From: Cetorhinus maximus
Lineage: Eukaryota
Assembly: GCF_964194155.1 (NCBI RefSeq)
Contig: NC_135883.1
Coordinates: forward strand, 53,196,001-53,260,000
Direction: 5' to 3'
Length of the DNA stretch: 64,000 nucleotides
The position numbers and the translations under genes are program-made. The stretch's first letter is position 1, and every line of letters starts with the position of its first letter. A model generated the notes under the pieces. That model did not search any database and was not told where the DNA came from. It worked only from the letters and a program-made list of their open reading frames with translations. Shown here in pieces: positions 37,540 to 50,656 of this stretch.

Positions 37540-38250
37540 GAAACTGTAAAAATCACCTTGGCCCTCAATTTCGATGTATCTGGCTTTATTCAGTCCAGCA
37601 ATGGTGACATCTGCAGCCTCAACCAGTTTGTTATCCAAAGATGTGTCAAGGAAGTCACAGGTGAATTATTTAACATTGTCAATGACTTTCTTCAACTTCT
37701 TCATTAATCAGCAACAATTACATGAATACAATTCTGCAGATCTTTGGGCTTTCACCATGTCACTGATTGTACCCATGTTATGATGTAGGCCCCCCGTGTG
37801 CAATGCTATTCCCAATCTGAGTCAGTAAGGATTTTAGTGGCAGTGTCAAAGCTGGCATGTGGTCTGTAGCTCAGAATAATGCAAGGCATCCCTGATTCTT
37901 TCAAATTGCTGCCATTTAAAGGCTGCATCATACCCATTTGAAGGGAAGGAAAAGTAAAGGGTTAGTTCCCAGGAGAGCAGAGCTACATGCAACATACTTT
38001 GCATCAAACCTGACAGAAGCAAAATGAAAATACACCGAAGCTCATCCTACAACCATATAGCTGGCGAACATAACATTTTTATCTTAAAGCAGTACTTCAG
38101 ATGTCTTCACTGAATGGGGACTCCTCAGTATTTTATTATTAACTGTTGACTGCTATCTGCTCCTGAACTGTAGCCTGCAAAAAAAAGCCTCAGGGCTATC
38201 AACCTGATACTGATGGAAAAACAAAAAGATGGAAGTGGAACCGGCAATGC
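37540..38250 (+). pseudogene. Very old Harbinger transposase remnant
   Basis: VKITLALNFDVSGFIQSSNGDICSLNQFVIQRCVKEVTGELF and IDCTHV-like (gattgtacccatgtt), with LKQYFRCL later. Confidence 0.65.
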
Positions 38251-38456
38251 AACATTAGTACCTGGCATTAATTATAGATGGTGCCTTTTGAGTGCCAGAG
38301 CTGCCCAATTTCAAAGCTGCAATCCATGTTAAGAAATTGGGTTTGTTAGTGTTCTCTTTGGTGCTGCCTGTGCCCTTAGAGCTTGAAAATGGCATCCATA
38401 GTGAATGTGCATGCTTGTGGAGTGAATTGCGCGGGCATGATATTTGTCAGGGCATT

Positions 38457-39172
38457 AGCATGGACAGAGTAAATTTTCGCCGGCAATATGCAGAGTCGGC
38501 ATGTCATGACATCAATTAGCATGCAACACTGATCTGACTTTAATGGTGACATTTTGGAGCTCAATGTTCCAGCTAATGGCCTCTTTTAACCACCCATAGC
38601 TGAACATCTGTTCTGATCAGAGCAGGAAAGACCCCTACCATCTATTTAAAGGGATCATCAATAAGTTACAGGTTGGTTGCTCTGCATGTTGCTATGATTT
38701 TACAAGTGTTTGGTGCTTTGCATAGTTGCTTCAATTTGCAAAAGTCTACAGGGTGTAGTGTGGCAGTTGTTGATGGACTTTTTGATGACATTAAGGTTTC
38801 TGCTCAAACCATTTGCTTCCAGTGTACCAGTAGGAATTCCCCTTGGAATACTGCATGACTTGGGAAATGAACAGACACCACATAGAGCAAATCAAGCTAG
38901 TGAAAGAAAGAGAGGGAGAAGGGCTCACGGCAGGAGAGCAGGTCTGTTTAGAGTTTTCAATTCTCCTACCTGACCCTCAGCATGGAACAATATGTGAGAT
39001 GTCTGTACTTCCTTAGGGTCATCCTCATGCTATGGGTGGTTAAAAGAGGCCATTAGCTGGAACATTGATCTCCAAAATGTCACCATTAGAGTCAGATCAG
39101 TGTTGCATGCTAATTGACGTCATGACATACTGACTCTGCATATTGCTGGCGAACATTTACTCTGTCCATGCT
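38457..39172. repeat. 144-bp inverted repeat (38457-38600 / 39029-39172)
   Basis: Manual alignment shows 7 mismatches in 144 nt, with a 428-bp spacer. Confidence 0.9.
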
Positions 39173-40371
39173 GCAGCCAAAACTCCAACCTCAGGGCAGG
39201 GAAAGGACTGCATTGTAAATGACTGTAGTGACCGTGGCAATGGACTTTTATGGGTCTGGCTCCTTTCTGGCTGCAGCTACAGATATTTGCAATGTCTCAT
39301 AGTTTGGCATCCACTGTCGCGAAAGGGGAGTTACCAAAGCTCTCTCTATTTAATTATATGTCAATCGCTTTAGCCAGAGACATTCAGACAAAGCAAGTGT
39401 CATACATGTGGCTTCGTTTGGATTGCAGGCTTCCCCATGGTGCAGAGTGACATGGACTATCCATACAGTAAGGGTATTGGCAGAGTAGTAGTGGTGGGAG
39501 AACAAATGCTGTCACCCTGAGAGAGGACAGCTGGTTTGTATTTCAATGGAGCCACTGCTACTTTCCCATGACGAAGCCTCAGCAATTCTAATAATCTGTT
39601 GGGTGACAGATTGCTGGACTGCTCCAGCACTCTGCAAGCCATCACACACTGCTACCTTGATGGTAGCATGCTGTCCTTGCTGTCCTACCTGAGCTTCCAT
39701 TGCAGCACTCAGATATTGAGTGGCTGCTGCTTGTTTTACAATGGAAGCTTCGAATTGAAGCATGCTGATGTTGTTGGCCATCTCTTCAATGCTGGAAAGT
39801 AGGCTCCAAGCTCTGTGCAAAGCCCTGTGGCAAGTTGATGCTGAACATTGACCGCAAGTTTTCTGGTAGCTTTGCAATGCACCAAACATTTTATCATACA
39901 TTACCATCGGCATTCTTCTATAGGCTTATCCATTAAAGTGTTCACCTGAGTCTTCTGCAGCAGAATTTGCATATAACTTCCCTTCTCCAATGAGTTGTCT
40001 ATTGTGTTATCCTTTCCCCCTGCCCTGGCTGCTGTACACTTGTCTCTAATCGATCCTGTAAGACATGTTCAGTTCAGTGAACAAGCTGCTGCAAGTTTGA
40101 AATCAAGTGACTATACTGTGACTTCATCATCACCATCTCTCTGGTTTTCCTCCACTGTCTGACCTGTTTGGACCTCCTGGCTTTCTGAAAGGGAAAAGGC
40201 ACAAGGATAGGGGTCTGGTGTGGGGAATTGTAGGGTGGGGGGTGCGTGGGGAGGTGGTGTGGAGGGCTTGGGTTTGAGTAAGAAATGCATGCTTGCACTA
40301 TCTGAAACTTATAAATCAGAGGAGAGTACCGGATGATGCTAAGTGGGATGTGAGAAAAAAAATAAAGAAAA

Positions 40372-40546
40372 ACTTGCATTTATATAGCGTTTTTCATGAT
40401 CACCAGGTGCCTCAAAGCACTTTACAGCCAACGAAATACTTCTGAAGTGTAGTCACTGTCATAATGTAGGAAACACAGCAACCAATTTGCACACAGCAAA
40501 CTCTCAAAAACAGCAATGTGATAATGAACAAATAATCTGTTTTATG
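40372..40546 (-). mobile_element. Deu-domain-type SINE 3' part
   Basis: Tail acttgcatttatatagcg...caaagcactttaca and Deu-like gaagtgtagtcactg..taatgtaggaaac..agcaaccaatttgcacacagcaa. Confidence 0.7.
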
Positions 40547-41229
40547 GGGCAGAATTTTGCCCTTGATGGACAGGCGGGCCCCACTGGCTCGGCAGCGGGC
40601 AGGCAGCTAATCGTCGCTGCCGAAACGGGCCCCGCCGCCATTTTAAGTGGGCAGGCTAATTAAGGCCATCCCAGCGGGCCGCCCGAAGGGAAGCACTATG
40701 CACTTCCTGTGCGGGGGGTTGGGATTCCCCAATTGTCAGAGTGCGCTCTTTTGTGCATGCGTGCGAAAGAGCGCTTATCTCCCTGAGACTAAGTGCTGTC
40801 TCAGGGAGATCAGTGAAAGGTTTATAAACTTCAAAAATAGAAAAGTAAAAAAATTAACATGTCCTCCTCATGTGACAATGCACACTAGACAGGACATGTT
40901 AATAAAAAGCACAGAAACTTTGTTAAACTTTTTAAAAAACAGATATGAAACCTCATCCCGCCGGTGGATGAGGTTTCATGTTTTTTCAGAAGCCTGCTGG
41001 GGCTCCTGGCCTGCCCGCTAACCTTAAGGTTAATTGGTTTAACTACTCTGTCAATGGCTTCAATTGGCCATTGACAGGTCGGCGGGCGGACAGCTGATTT
41101 CGCTGTCTGCCCGCCTTGCTGAATATTTAAATAGGGCGGGATGACGTCGAGGGTTCCGATACATCCCGCGTCATTTTTGCATCGGCGAGCGGGCCCCGCC
41201 CCCAGCTCGCCAACGGAAAAATTCTGCCC
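40547..41229. mobile_element. Harbinger MITE (683 bp), TSD ATG
   Basis: Perfect 12-bp TIR GGGCAGAATTTT / AAAATTCTGCCC. ATG at 40544-40546 and 41230-41232. Confidence 0.92.
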
Positions 41230-41864
41230 ATGATATTGATTAGGTATGAGGACACCATCATCTTCGAAAGTTTCGGCCCTGTCACTAGCCATGACCTCAG
41301 CAATGCGCATCCCAAAAATGGCCAACGTTATTGCCCCATTGGGTTAGGACATGCAAGCACCCCATGTTCTCCTCTTGTTTGCTCTTGCTGCCACTGCTTG
41401 TGTGTCACCTTATCCGGCAAGAGAGAGGGATACGTAACTATGAGTATCGTGCAATTTTCTTGGTTAACGTGACTACCATGGTTAAATAGCTGCCGGTATG
41501 TACAAGATGAGAGGTGTGGGTGCGAGGCTTACTGCAGTGTTCAGTGTGTGAGGATGAGGTGAAGCTATGGATGTTAGGTATGGTTCCTGATTGATAGAGA
41601 TTGTTGGTAAGTGAGTGATGGGGATGTTCTGAATTGAGTGATGCACGAGGCTTGTGTTGCAGTTAGTGGGATATGACACTTGACGATGCACTCACTGTCC
41701 TTGACCACTTATGTGACATCACTGAACTTCTTGCAGCATTGCATCCAGGTCCTTGGGCTCGACCCCTAGCATTGACCTCCACGACTATCTGCTCTCATCG
41801 CCTTCCGAGCCTGTGTCTAAAGGGTCTCAGCCCCCTGCAGATGCAGGACACCTCTTCTCCTTTC

Positions 41865-42003
41865 TGCCTCCTCCACCTACACCACATGGACTGCAGCGGT
41901 TCAAGAAGGCAGCTCACCATCACCTTCTCAAGGGCAACTAGGGATGGGCAATAAATGCTGGCCCAGCCAGCAAAGCCCACATCCTGTGAATGAATTTTTT
42001 AAA
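41865..42003 (+). mobile_element. 3' tail of the second LINE family
   Basis: ggactgcagcggttcaagaaggcagctcaccatcaccttctcaagggcaactagggatgggcaataaatgctggcc, matching the 3' ends at 51302-51420 and 56540-56660. Confidence 0.8.
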
Positions 42004-44850
42004 AACCTAGACCTCTAGTGGAGTGCTTGAAAACCTAGGAGCCTATTCGGAAATGCTCAGCACAATGTTCACAATCCAATCTTTGAATTAATTTTGACTC
42101 TAGTAATCGTGCTATTGAATTGTGTGCAACATCTAACATCTAATTTCTTACTTCTTCTAAGTGATTCTTTTCTTGAAGGGCTAGCTGTGCTGCTGGATGT
42201 CCAGCTTCCCTGGGAGATTGTTTGGCTGCAGAGTTCCCTGACAGACTGCTGGGCTTCTGCAGATTACAGACCTCCTAGTGCTGTGCACTGTATTACTGTT
42301 GTGGCTGTACTTGCCAAACTATTTTCAGGCATATCTGCTGACATTTGCACAGGGATTTGCCATCAGCTTTACCACCTAACCAACTCAATCTATGATCACT
42401 GCTGTGGGGCACTCCCACAACATCTCTTATTCCGTCTAAGAGGCAGGCATGGGGTCTGAGAATCTCTACCTCAAGACTGTTACTAGATAATCTCCCAATA
42501 TGGCAAAGCTAGCCAAGGATGCTTTTGAAGATTTGAGCCCAAAGCCTCTGAAGAAGCATTCTTGAGAGATGCAGCTACTGTGCCTTTGATATGTGCCACT
42601 GAGGGTTCCACTGCTGATGTCACAGGAGTTGCCATATGCTCCATGGCAGACTGCAGTGCAGGTGAATCTTTCATCCATGACTGCAGAGATTGTGTTAAGT
42701 CAATCTCTATACTGCCTCTTTGGACGTAGCAAAGTATTTTACATGAAGTGTCATTGTAGACAACCCTGCTCAGACATTGATCTCTATTTGCAAACAGTTT
42801 TTGCTACCTGGATCCCAAGAATGGCAGAAATCATGCAAGACTTTTAGCTAGTTGCCCAAAGTCAGATATCTGCTATGACTACTTACTTCTCCCCACCAAT
42901 TGTACTGTGACCCATTCTATACTTCCTTTTCAACCTTGCTGTCTCATGTTCTTGTGAAAGTGTGCTGGTGCTCATCAGAGGTGGCATCTCTGATACAAGA
43001 TATTGTGAAGTGCAGTGTTCCTCAGGAATATTGTTATAACTTGACATTTCCATTCCTAAGAAAAAAGAAGAGAGCGATATATCATGCTGGCTGAAATACC
43101 CTTTTCAAGCATTGCTATCACTGAATGATGCTTTGATGTTATATAAGGTGATATGGACAACCATTTGGAAGAACATTCCATGATATGATCATGGGGGCTA
43201 GCATTTAGTGAAAGAGAAGCCTTGAACACCACTTTTCCTCAAGTAGCTCAATGGTCTCCTTATACGAGGACAGGGTTTTGAAATGCTTAGCTTCTCTGAT
43301 GGGTTTGCTTCTATAACACCATGACCTTCAGGCAGAAAGATAGGGACTGATTTCAAGTTGGACCAGGTTTCAAGGAGATGGGGAGGGAGGCAGTTGCTGA
43401 CATAAGTTTCAGACCCAGAGTTTATAACTTCCAGGCCTAATTTAAATGTCACTAGTATACTTCCTACTATCCAAGTGTGAAAAGATGCAGAGCAGCTGCC
43501 AGCAGGCAAAGGCTGGATGGATCTTGGCCAGGAATGATGGGGAAGGGGTTTTGGGGGAGTCTCACATGAGGGAAGGGAGATATTTCCTGGATAGGGGAGG
43601 CTATAACTTTGATTGTGGTTGCCAGAGTGGCCACACAAAGGAAATTATTTGGATCTGCTGGAAGGTATCTTTGTCCTTTAGCCCAGTGAGGAAACCACAG
43701 CAACTTTCTGGCTCAGATCCCAGTTAAAACGTCGTTGGGGTCCCATTGATGTCAGAAGGCCCCAGTTAGCATTTATGCACAACTCCTGCCTAAGTCCTAT
43801 GAACATTTGATCTGCCACCAAAACCTTCTAAAAGCATGCATTGTGCTGGTTATCTTATGCACTGGTTAGCAGAGTTCACCAATCTGGGCAAAGTTTCTTG
43901 CCTTTCTTTCCCGGTCAATGCTTGTCATGAGGAGCAGTGCATTTTCCATACCATAACAGATTAGGTCCGAAATATTTTTCTGAATCTTTCTTCTGGGCTG
44001 TCAGATTTGATAGTTGGGGAAGTGGCTTTACAATTTACTCTTCAAGTCCTCCAAGTACTTCTGGGAAGGATAGCAACCTATGCCACAAATGTATTCCCTT
44101 TGTTCACTCAGACCAGGCTTCCAGGGTTCATCATGAAATGTTTGCTTCTCTCCATCTGACAAAGCATTGCGTAGCAAGATTTCATCAACAATTGCTTCCC
44201 AACTCTATACTGTTGCTGCATGGCTGTTTATTGTCATTAACAGTGCTAACTCTAATTGTTAATTGTCCCACTCCTCTGTGTGGGAGGTAAAGTGTATGAT
44301 ATATTAATAATCTATAGCACAACAAAATGAGGAGTTAATGAGCATTCATTGTATTGCTTAAAAATGTATGTAATACTCAGTTAATTCTTGATCTGCATAC
44401 TAACTTACAATTTCCAGGCTGTATCTATACCCTCTCTCTCTCATATAACTATATGGATACAACGTTTGCATATTCTTACTTTGAGATTCCAACAGATGCT
44501 TTGAGACAATTAGAAAAGTGTCAGGTTACATTAAACAACTTCAAGTTCTTAAGCTTCTTTTTCACGTAGTTAACGGGTTTGGAAGCTCTTTTACGTTACT
44601 TTGCCAATATTGCTATAGTAAGCCTTCCCAAATAAATAGCACTGCCTTGGTTCTAACAATGCCAGTTCCTGGATTCAACCATTCCTTTGTTTTTTGCTAG
44701 TGCGTTTTTAGCATTAAGCAAGTATTTAACAACTTTTAAAAAAAGCGTTACCAACTCTCAAACTTTGAGCCTCCACAACTGTAGCAGTTTTTTAAAAAAA
44801 AAGACGTAGCCACATGACCAGATTGGGAGTGAAAACAAAGCACACTCAAG

Positions 44851-44960
44851 GGGCAGAATTTTACGACCCCGTTTCGGCGGGGACGGGGCCGTAAAGTGTG
44901 GCGAGCCATTATAAACCCCATTGACTTCAGTGGGAACGTAAAATCCTGCTGCTGTAAAGC
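44851..44960. mobile_element. Harbinger-type MITE end fragment
   Basis: GGGCAGAATTTTAC followed by the CpG-rich hairpin ttttacgaccccgt...acggggccgtaaag. Confidence 0.55.
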
Positions 44961-47900
44961 TGCAGGCTGGACAAGGAATCTGGACAGATGTGAGAAAAGT
45001 TGCTGCAGGGCATTGGACCTTTCACAAAAAGAACCTTAAGAAACAAAAGAAAATAATATCTGCATAATCCAAACACACTCCCTCAAAAAACTCAAATATT
45101 AACTCAACCTGGAAATCATCAGGGATATTCCCTTTAATCATATATTGAGAATTTAAATAGACCTTGTTTTGCTAAGGAGATGATGAGGAAATGTTTTTGT
45201 AATGAATATTGAAAAAAATATAGGTATGAAGATGAAAATGACAAGCCTTTAGGCCTAATCAGTCTATCCCTTTTTGACCCTAACCCCCAATTTACCATGG
45301 TGTCCCTCAATCCCTAATGCATCCATCTATTTCTTGAACTAATTTTGATTTTGAACTGCTAGCACAGAGCTTCAACTCTAATAGATAGAAACATTTTGGA
45401 ACCGTGTGGCTGAAGTCGTCCTATAATGCATGCTCCCAATAGGCAAGGCTCCAAGCTGGATGCACTATTTTTATAAACTCACCAAACACTCTGTCCAGTC
45501 TATGGACTTTGGCAAGTCAATCCATTATGAAAAAAAATCTACCCCACATTCCTTCTTATTGTAAATTTTCCAATTTATAATTTGATAATAACAAAAAGTC
45601 ATCAATTGACATCTGATTTGCATCATTGCTAAGTTAAACAATTCAGTTTAATACTTGCCACTCTTATGGAAAACTTAAATATAGATTCCTATGTTTAAAG
45701 AGTATGCAGTGCAGACATTCCACAGATTGTTTGCTCAGTGAGTAATTATAAGAGCAAACACGGGATGCACAAAAATGGAAGATCATATAATCAAGTATGT
45801 TTAACTTGATGATATCAATCAACTAATTTTAATGCATTCAATATGCAAAAAGTCATAGGTAAATATGAGATTTCTATTAGCATGGAAGGGAGATTAAAAT
45901 TAGCCCTAATATGTGTTTAATGTTGGATAGCAAAAGTTTTAATTTCTTGTGTGGTAATAAAGATCTCCAAAAGAATCTATTTAGCATGCTGTGATCTGAC
46001 TCCAGCCTTCTAATCATCTCTCCTTCCCTTCTCACTCCTCAACCTGTGGCTTCATTAGTTGTGCTTTCTGCAATTTTCTCCCTAGACCTCAGTCCCTTTA
46101 AAAAAAAAATCTCAAAACTCAGAGCTTCAGTGAAGCTTCCTGCTCCTGCTCCTCACATTTTTCCTTTCCGGGTGTGCAGCCCTTTCCAAAGCCTATGTGT
46201 GAAGGACATGGGATTTTTTTTTTCCCCCCATTAAAAGGAAATTCAAGCTCTTATAATTATTTGTTCCCTTCATTTAATCTTCATTTACAACTCCATGAGG
46301 GGTCCTTCACCTGCTTTGCTCTCTTCCACTGCACTGTAGTCTAGTTATTCAAGCCAGTTAAGGAAGGTTTTGAAAATTATAACTCCCTGATCCGCCAAGG
46401 CAATCTCTATTATTGATGCTTGACTTACTGTTTTCCACACTTGATGGTTCTTGAGACTTAGCAATAGAGGAATTAGGTTTTCCATGGTTCATTTCTCTCT
46501 CTCTTTAATAACTTCAAGCTCAACTCGAACCAAGCATTTATTGGTTTCTTTATTGAAACAGTTAATCAATATTGCATTGTTTTGCTGTTCCACGACTCGG
46601 GAAAAAAAACAAAAGCTTCTCATCTGTTCCCTCACTTAAGATGTGGGCATTTTAGGCCTGTTCCCTCTGTTCTGTGTTCCCAGTTGAAGTTATAGTCTTT
46701 TTTGCATCTACTTCATCTATGCTTTCCATCATTTTAAAGACCTGAGTTATATCCCTGCTCAAACTATTTTTTTCCCAGTGACCTAGTGCTACATCATGTA
46801 TTATTTGTCATTTAAGCTATTAAACTTTTTTTCATTAAACTCAACTCATCTGACATTCTCATTATTATTAAGAGCTGCTACCAGAGAAGAAATCACTCAG
46901 ATATAAAATGCTCATTTGATCATTTTTTTGTTCTAGCTGCATAATGATATTCCATGACATGAGCTATTAATGTCTAATCAATTTTATTGTAACACAAGGC
47001 AATAACGCTGGGAATAAGATTGACACATGACCATTTAATCACTACAATGAGTTCCACTTATGATCAGCAGTTGTACCAAACAGGACAGAGGTTTACATCC
47101 ATAAAGGCTGTGACCTATCAGAGCGTTAAGTCCACCACACACACTGCGCCATGAGAGGTGGGGCTTGTGACCTTCCTGCATTAGTTTAATGCCAGAAGAG
47201 CCTAGATTCCATTTCTCTAGCACATTCAGTTTTTAAAAGAATAGTGCTTTATTGCCTGCCCATGAGTCTAGTGTGCTTAAGACAGATTGCGAGTGATCCA
47301 GCCGGTAATCCCTTACAGCCCATCTCAAATGGCATCACCTGCTGATAACAGCCCCAAACTTCCATTTCACCTTTAGATCTGTATACATCCTAACAGAACT
47401 TAAGTGCGCAGCTTCCAGACCATCCTCCCATGGGTAAGTAGTTGTCTAATCAGCATTCTTTTCCTGGTTGGGCTCCACAGCACAAGGTCCAGATGAAGGT
47501 TTGTCCAAAATGTTTAGCTGAAGATTGTTCACAGCTGTGTGGTGACATCCAGAGCCAGGATTAATGCTTCATGATTTCAGAACATGTTAAAATTATAACA
47601 TCTCACCACTTAGAAGGAAAAAACAATTCGGACCAGTACTCTTATTTCCCAGTTTTTACTGGTCTTCCGTTTTAAGTTATACAAGAGCAGTTCTGACCAG
47701 TATTCATATTTCCCAGATTTACTGTTTTTTTTCTTCTGAGTAGTGGCAATGGGTCAATGGTGAGATTTTCAAGCTTTTTTCATGTATTGTCTGCTGTCAA
47801 AATTGATTAAAACATTGTTTAAATATAGTCAGTAAGTTGCTACCAGGAATATATATATTTAAAGGCACCAACAAGGGAATGATTAGAATTTTATGTATAT

Positions 47901-49294
47901 GAACAGAGGTTTGTTAGGACATTGGGGGGGAGAAATTGGCTAACTGCTAAAAAGGGGCACAGAGATTTGAGATGGGCTGTGTCTGTTCATTGCATTGGAG
48001 GCAGCACAGTAAATTGCTGCTATCAGCTGCTTTACATGGTTGCTGCAATCAGCCGGCACTACCATGCTCTTCATTAGCTGTATGCATCAGCAGAGTGGCC
48101 AGAGTTAGCACTAGCTAAAGGCAGCTGGCATCTCATAAATGGGAGGTGCACTGTGGCTGCAAGAAGTGATGGCAGTCATTTAAAAAGATAACCTGTGCTG
48201 TGATACTTTGAGGAAAAGCTGAATACATGAGAGAGCATGCACCAACGTTTACAAACCCTGCACAGGTGGTCTTGGTACAAGACATGAAGAATAGGAGAGT
48301 TTATCTGTATCGGCAGGAGGCCAACTAGGTAGATGCTCAGGTGGCAGTGGGAACAAATAGCAGCTGAAGTAAATGATAGGAATGTTGTTCCAAGAACATG
48401 ATGAAGTGCAGGAAGAAGTTGAATGACCTTGCACAAGCTGGCAAGGTGAGTGAATTTATCTTAAATGTTATGTCCTGCCAAATACACCACTAGCATCATC
48501 CAATGGTCAATGGCCACAGCCCCATCATCCACCCATCAACAACCTCTACCAATCAGAGCTCATCCTTTCAATTCATTTGGTTTACTTCACTCTCAGAGAT
48601 ATAACACTGTTGCAAGCCTCACATTCACAACTCACAGTTTACACATACTGGCAGCTCTTCCATCGTGATAGCCACAACATACTGCATAACACTCACTGAC
48701 ACACTTCCCTCTTATTTGCAGGAGAAGATGGTGCCTAACAGTATGGGACACCACTGAACTGGAGGAGGACAAGCGGAGGTTCATGTTTTAACATCCATAA
48801 ATGAGACAATTCTGACCATCATGTTAAAAGGCATGACTGAGGCTGTGGCCACTGGCAACGCTGAAGCGATGAGTGTACCACATACCTAATCCTCCTTCTC
48901 TCATCCAACATCTCCCTCATTCCGTTGTCTCTTCTGACTGAGAAACTGAAGAGGGTATAAGTATGACATTTTTACTCTCCCACCTCCCCAACCCAACCCT
49001 TGTCTCTTTTATCATTTCAGGTATCCAAGACTGGAACCTGCCCAAACAAAGGAGGAAGACGAAGAACAAAGTGAAGATGAACAGCACTGGTCATTTGCCC
49101 TTATACTTGCAGCTACTAACTCAGAGACTGATACTGCACATATTAGCCAGGGAACGGGGAAAGGAGAGTGCAGGTGTCAGCTCATTGAAGGGAGAGGTTG
49201 CACAATAATTCTGCTGCAAAGGACTCAGATGTGTACTTCAATGGGCCATTCTACAGAAGGAGCTTGGTGCTTTGGAAAGCCTGCCAGAAAGCCT

Positions 49295-49497
49295 AAGGTA
49301 AAAGCAAAAAACTGCAGATGCTGGAAATCCAAAACAAAAATAAAAATACCTGGAAAAACTCAACAGGTCTGGCAGCATCTGCGGAGAGGAACACAGTTAA
49401 CGCTTCGAGTCCATATGACTCTTCAACAGAACTGTGTTCCTCTCCGCAGATGCTGCCAGATCTGCTGAGTTTTTCCAGGTATTTTTATTTTTATTTT
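49295..49497 (-). mobile_element. Penelope-type short element with inverted (fold-back) structure and 14-bp TSD
   Basis: Inverted arms 49331-49398 and 49430-49497 surround a hammerhead-like core on the minus strand. TSD ctgccagaaagcct at 49281-49294 and 49498-49511. Confidence 0.85.
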
Positions 49498-50656
49498 CTG
49501 CCAGAAAGCCTGCTTAATGTTAAAGAGCATGAAGGAATGCAGCACCAACTCAGTACAAAGCTTTGCGTAAAGCATAGAGCTCATCCTTTCCTACAGGAAA
49601 GGGTGGTCACCTCTATCTGCAGGCCTGTGGAACCCAGCATTGTGCAGTGTCTAAAGGTCAATATCATAGTTTTTTTGCAGCAGCTGCTGCTTCCATTGAA
49701 GATCTGTGAGCTGCAGTGGATGCACAGATTGCTGCCCTCATGGTTCTGGATGTCAGTGTTCAAAGGGGTTTCCATGGCCTCATAGCAGTCTCCAACAGAT
49801 GACTAGGATTGCAGAGGCACTACCCCGGGAGAGGCTGTGACTCCATGGTGCATGAACCTACCATCCTCTGTCAAGGAGCCAGCATTTCTATTCTCACCCC
49901 TAGCACTCCACTAGTGCCTTTGCTGTTGTCAGGCAGCCAAGACTGCTGCAGCTCAGGTTGCATGGTGCAGTCTGCAGTCAGCAGTCAGGCCTCCTAGGCC
50001 CAGAGCTGCTCGAGGTCAGCTGCCAGGGTCATCTCCAGGGTCATCTACAGTGTCCTTCATTAAAGCTCAGCTGCCTTATACCACCTACTACTGGGCAGCT
50101 ACTGGAGAAACACCTCACAGGAGCATTAGGACAGGCAAAGGCACATATGATGCAGGCACTAGGGAATTGCACAAGAGCGATTAGTTTAAATTTGTATGCA
50201 TGATGAATAACTTTGGGTTGAAATATGGATTTTCTGATGATTTCTATTTTTGGCATTGACAGAAAGAGAAAATTGAGAAGATCAATGATAGAGGAAAGGT
50301 AAGGAGTGTGGGAGAATTGGTGAATGAGGAGTTATGGTTGAGGTTATTGCTGTCATTCAGTAATTACTTCATTATGTAGTGCCCATTTTGCAGCCTCTTC
50401 TTCTTCCTGTTCTTCCACTTTCTACTGCACTTCCTCTTGCTCCACACCCTTGCTCCTCTTTAGCTTCTCATCTGATAGGTGGTGGCAGTGATTGTCCCTA
50501 CATAATGAAGAAGTGGTCCAGTGTGCAGAAAACTACCTTACATCCTGATGGCCACTCAGCTGAGTCCAGCAGACTCCTCCAGCGCAGTCCAGGTAGTGGA
50601 AATATTGCTTGAGGACACCAATGGTGTTCCTTGTGGCAGCATGGGTCTAGTATCAT

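Larger units (their letters stand above)
38290..42250. mobile_element. Old two-gene Harbinger remnant (transposase 5' part on +, Myb/SANT on -) with nested SINE, MITE and LINE tail
   Basis: Plus strand 38930-39320 reads FSYLTLSMEQYVRCL...VTVAMDFYGSGSF. Minus strand ~41690-41760 reads PRTWMQCCKKFSD with a gtgagt donor, and there is a last-exon remnant at 39460-40185. Ends are approximate. Confidence 0.6.

Noticed and set aside
38457-39172. MITE with 144-bp TIRs
   Set aside because: There is no TSD, the left arm is internal to a larger element, and the right arm interrupts that element's transposase.
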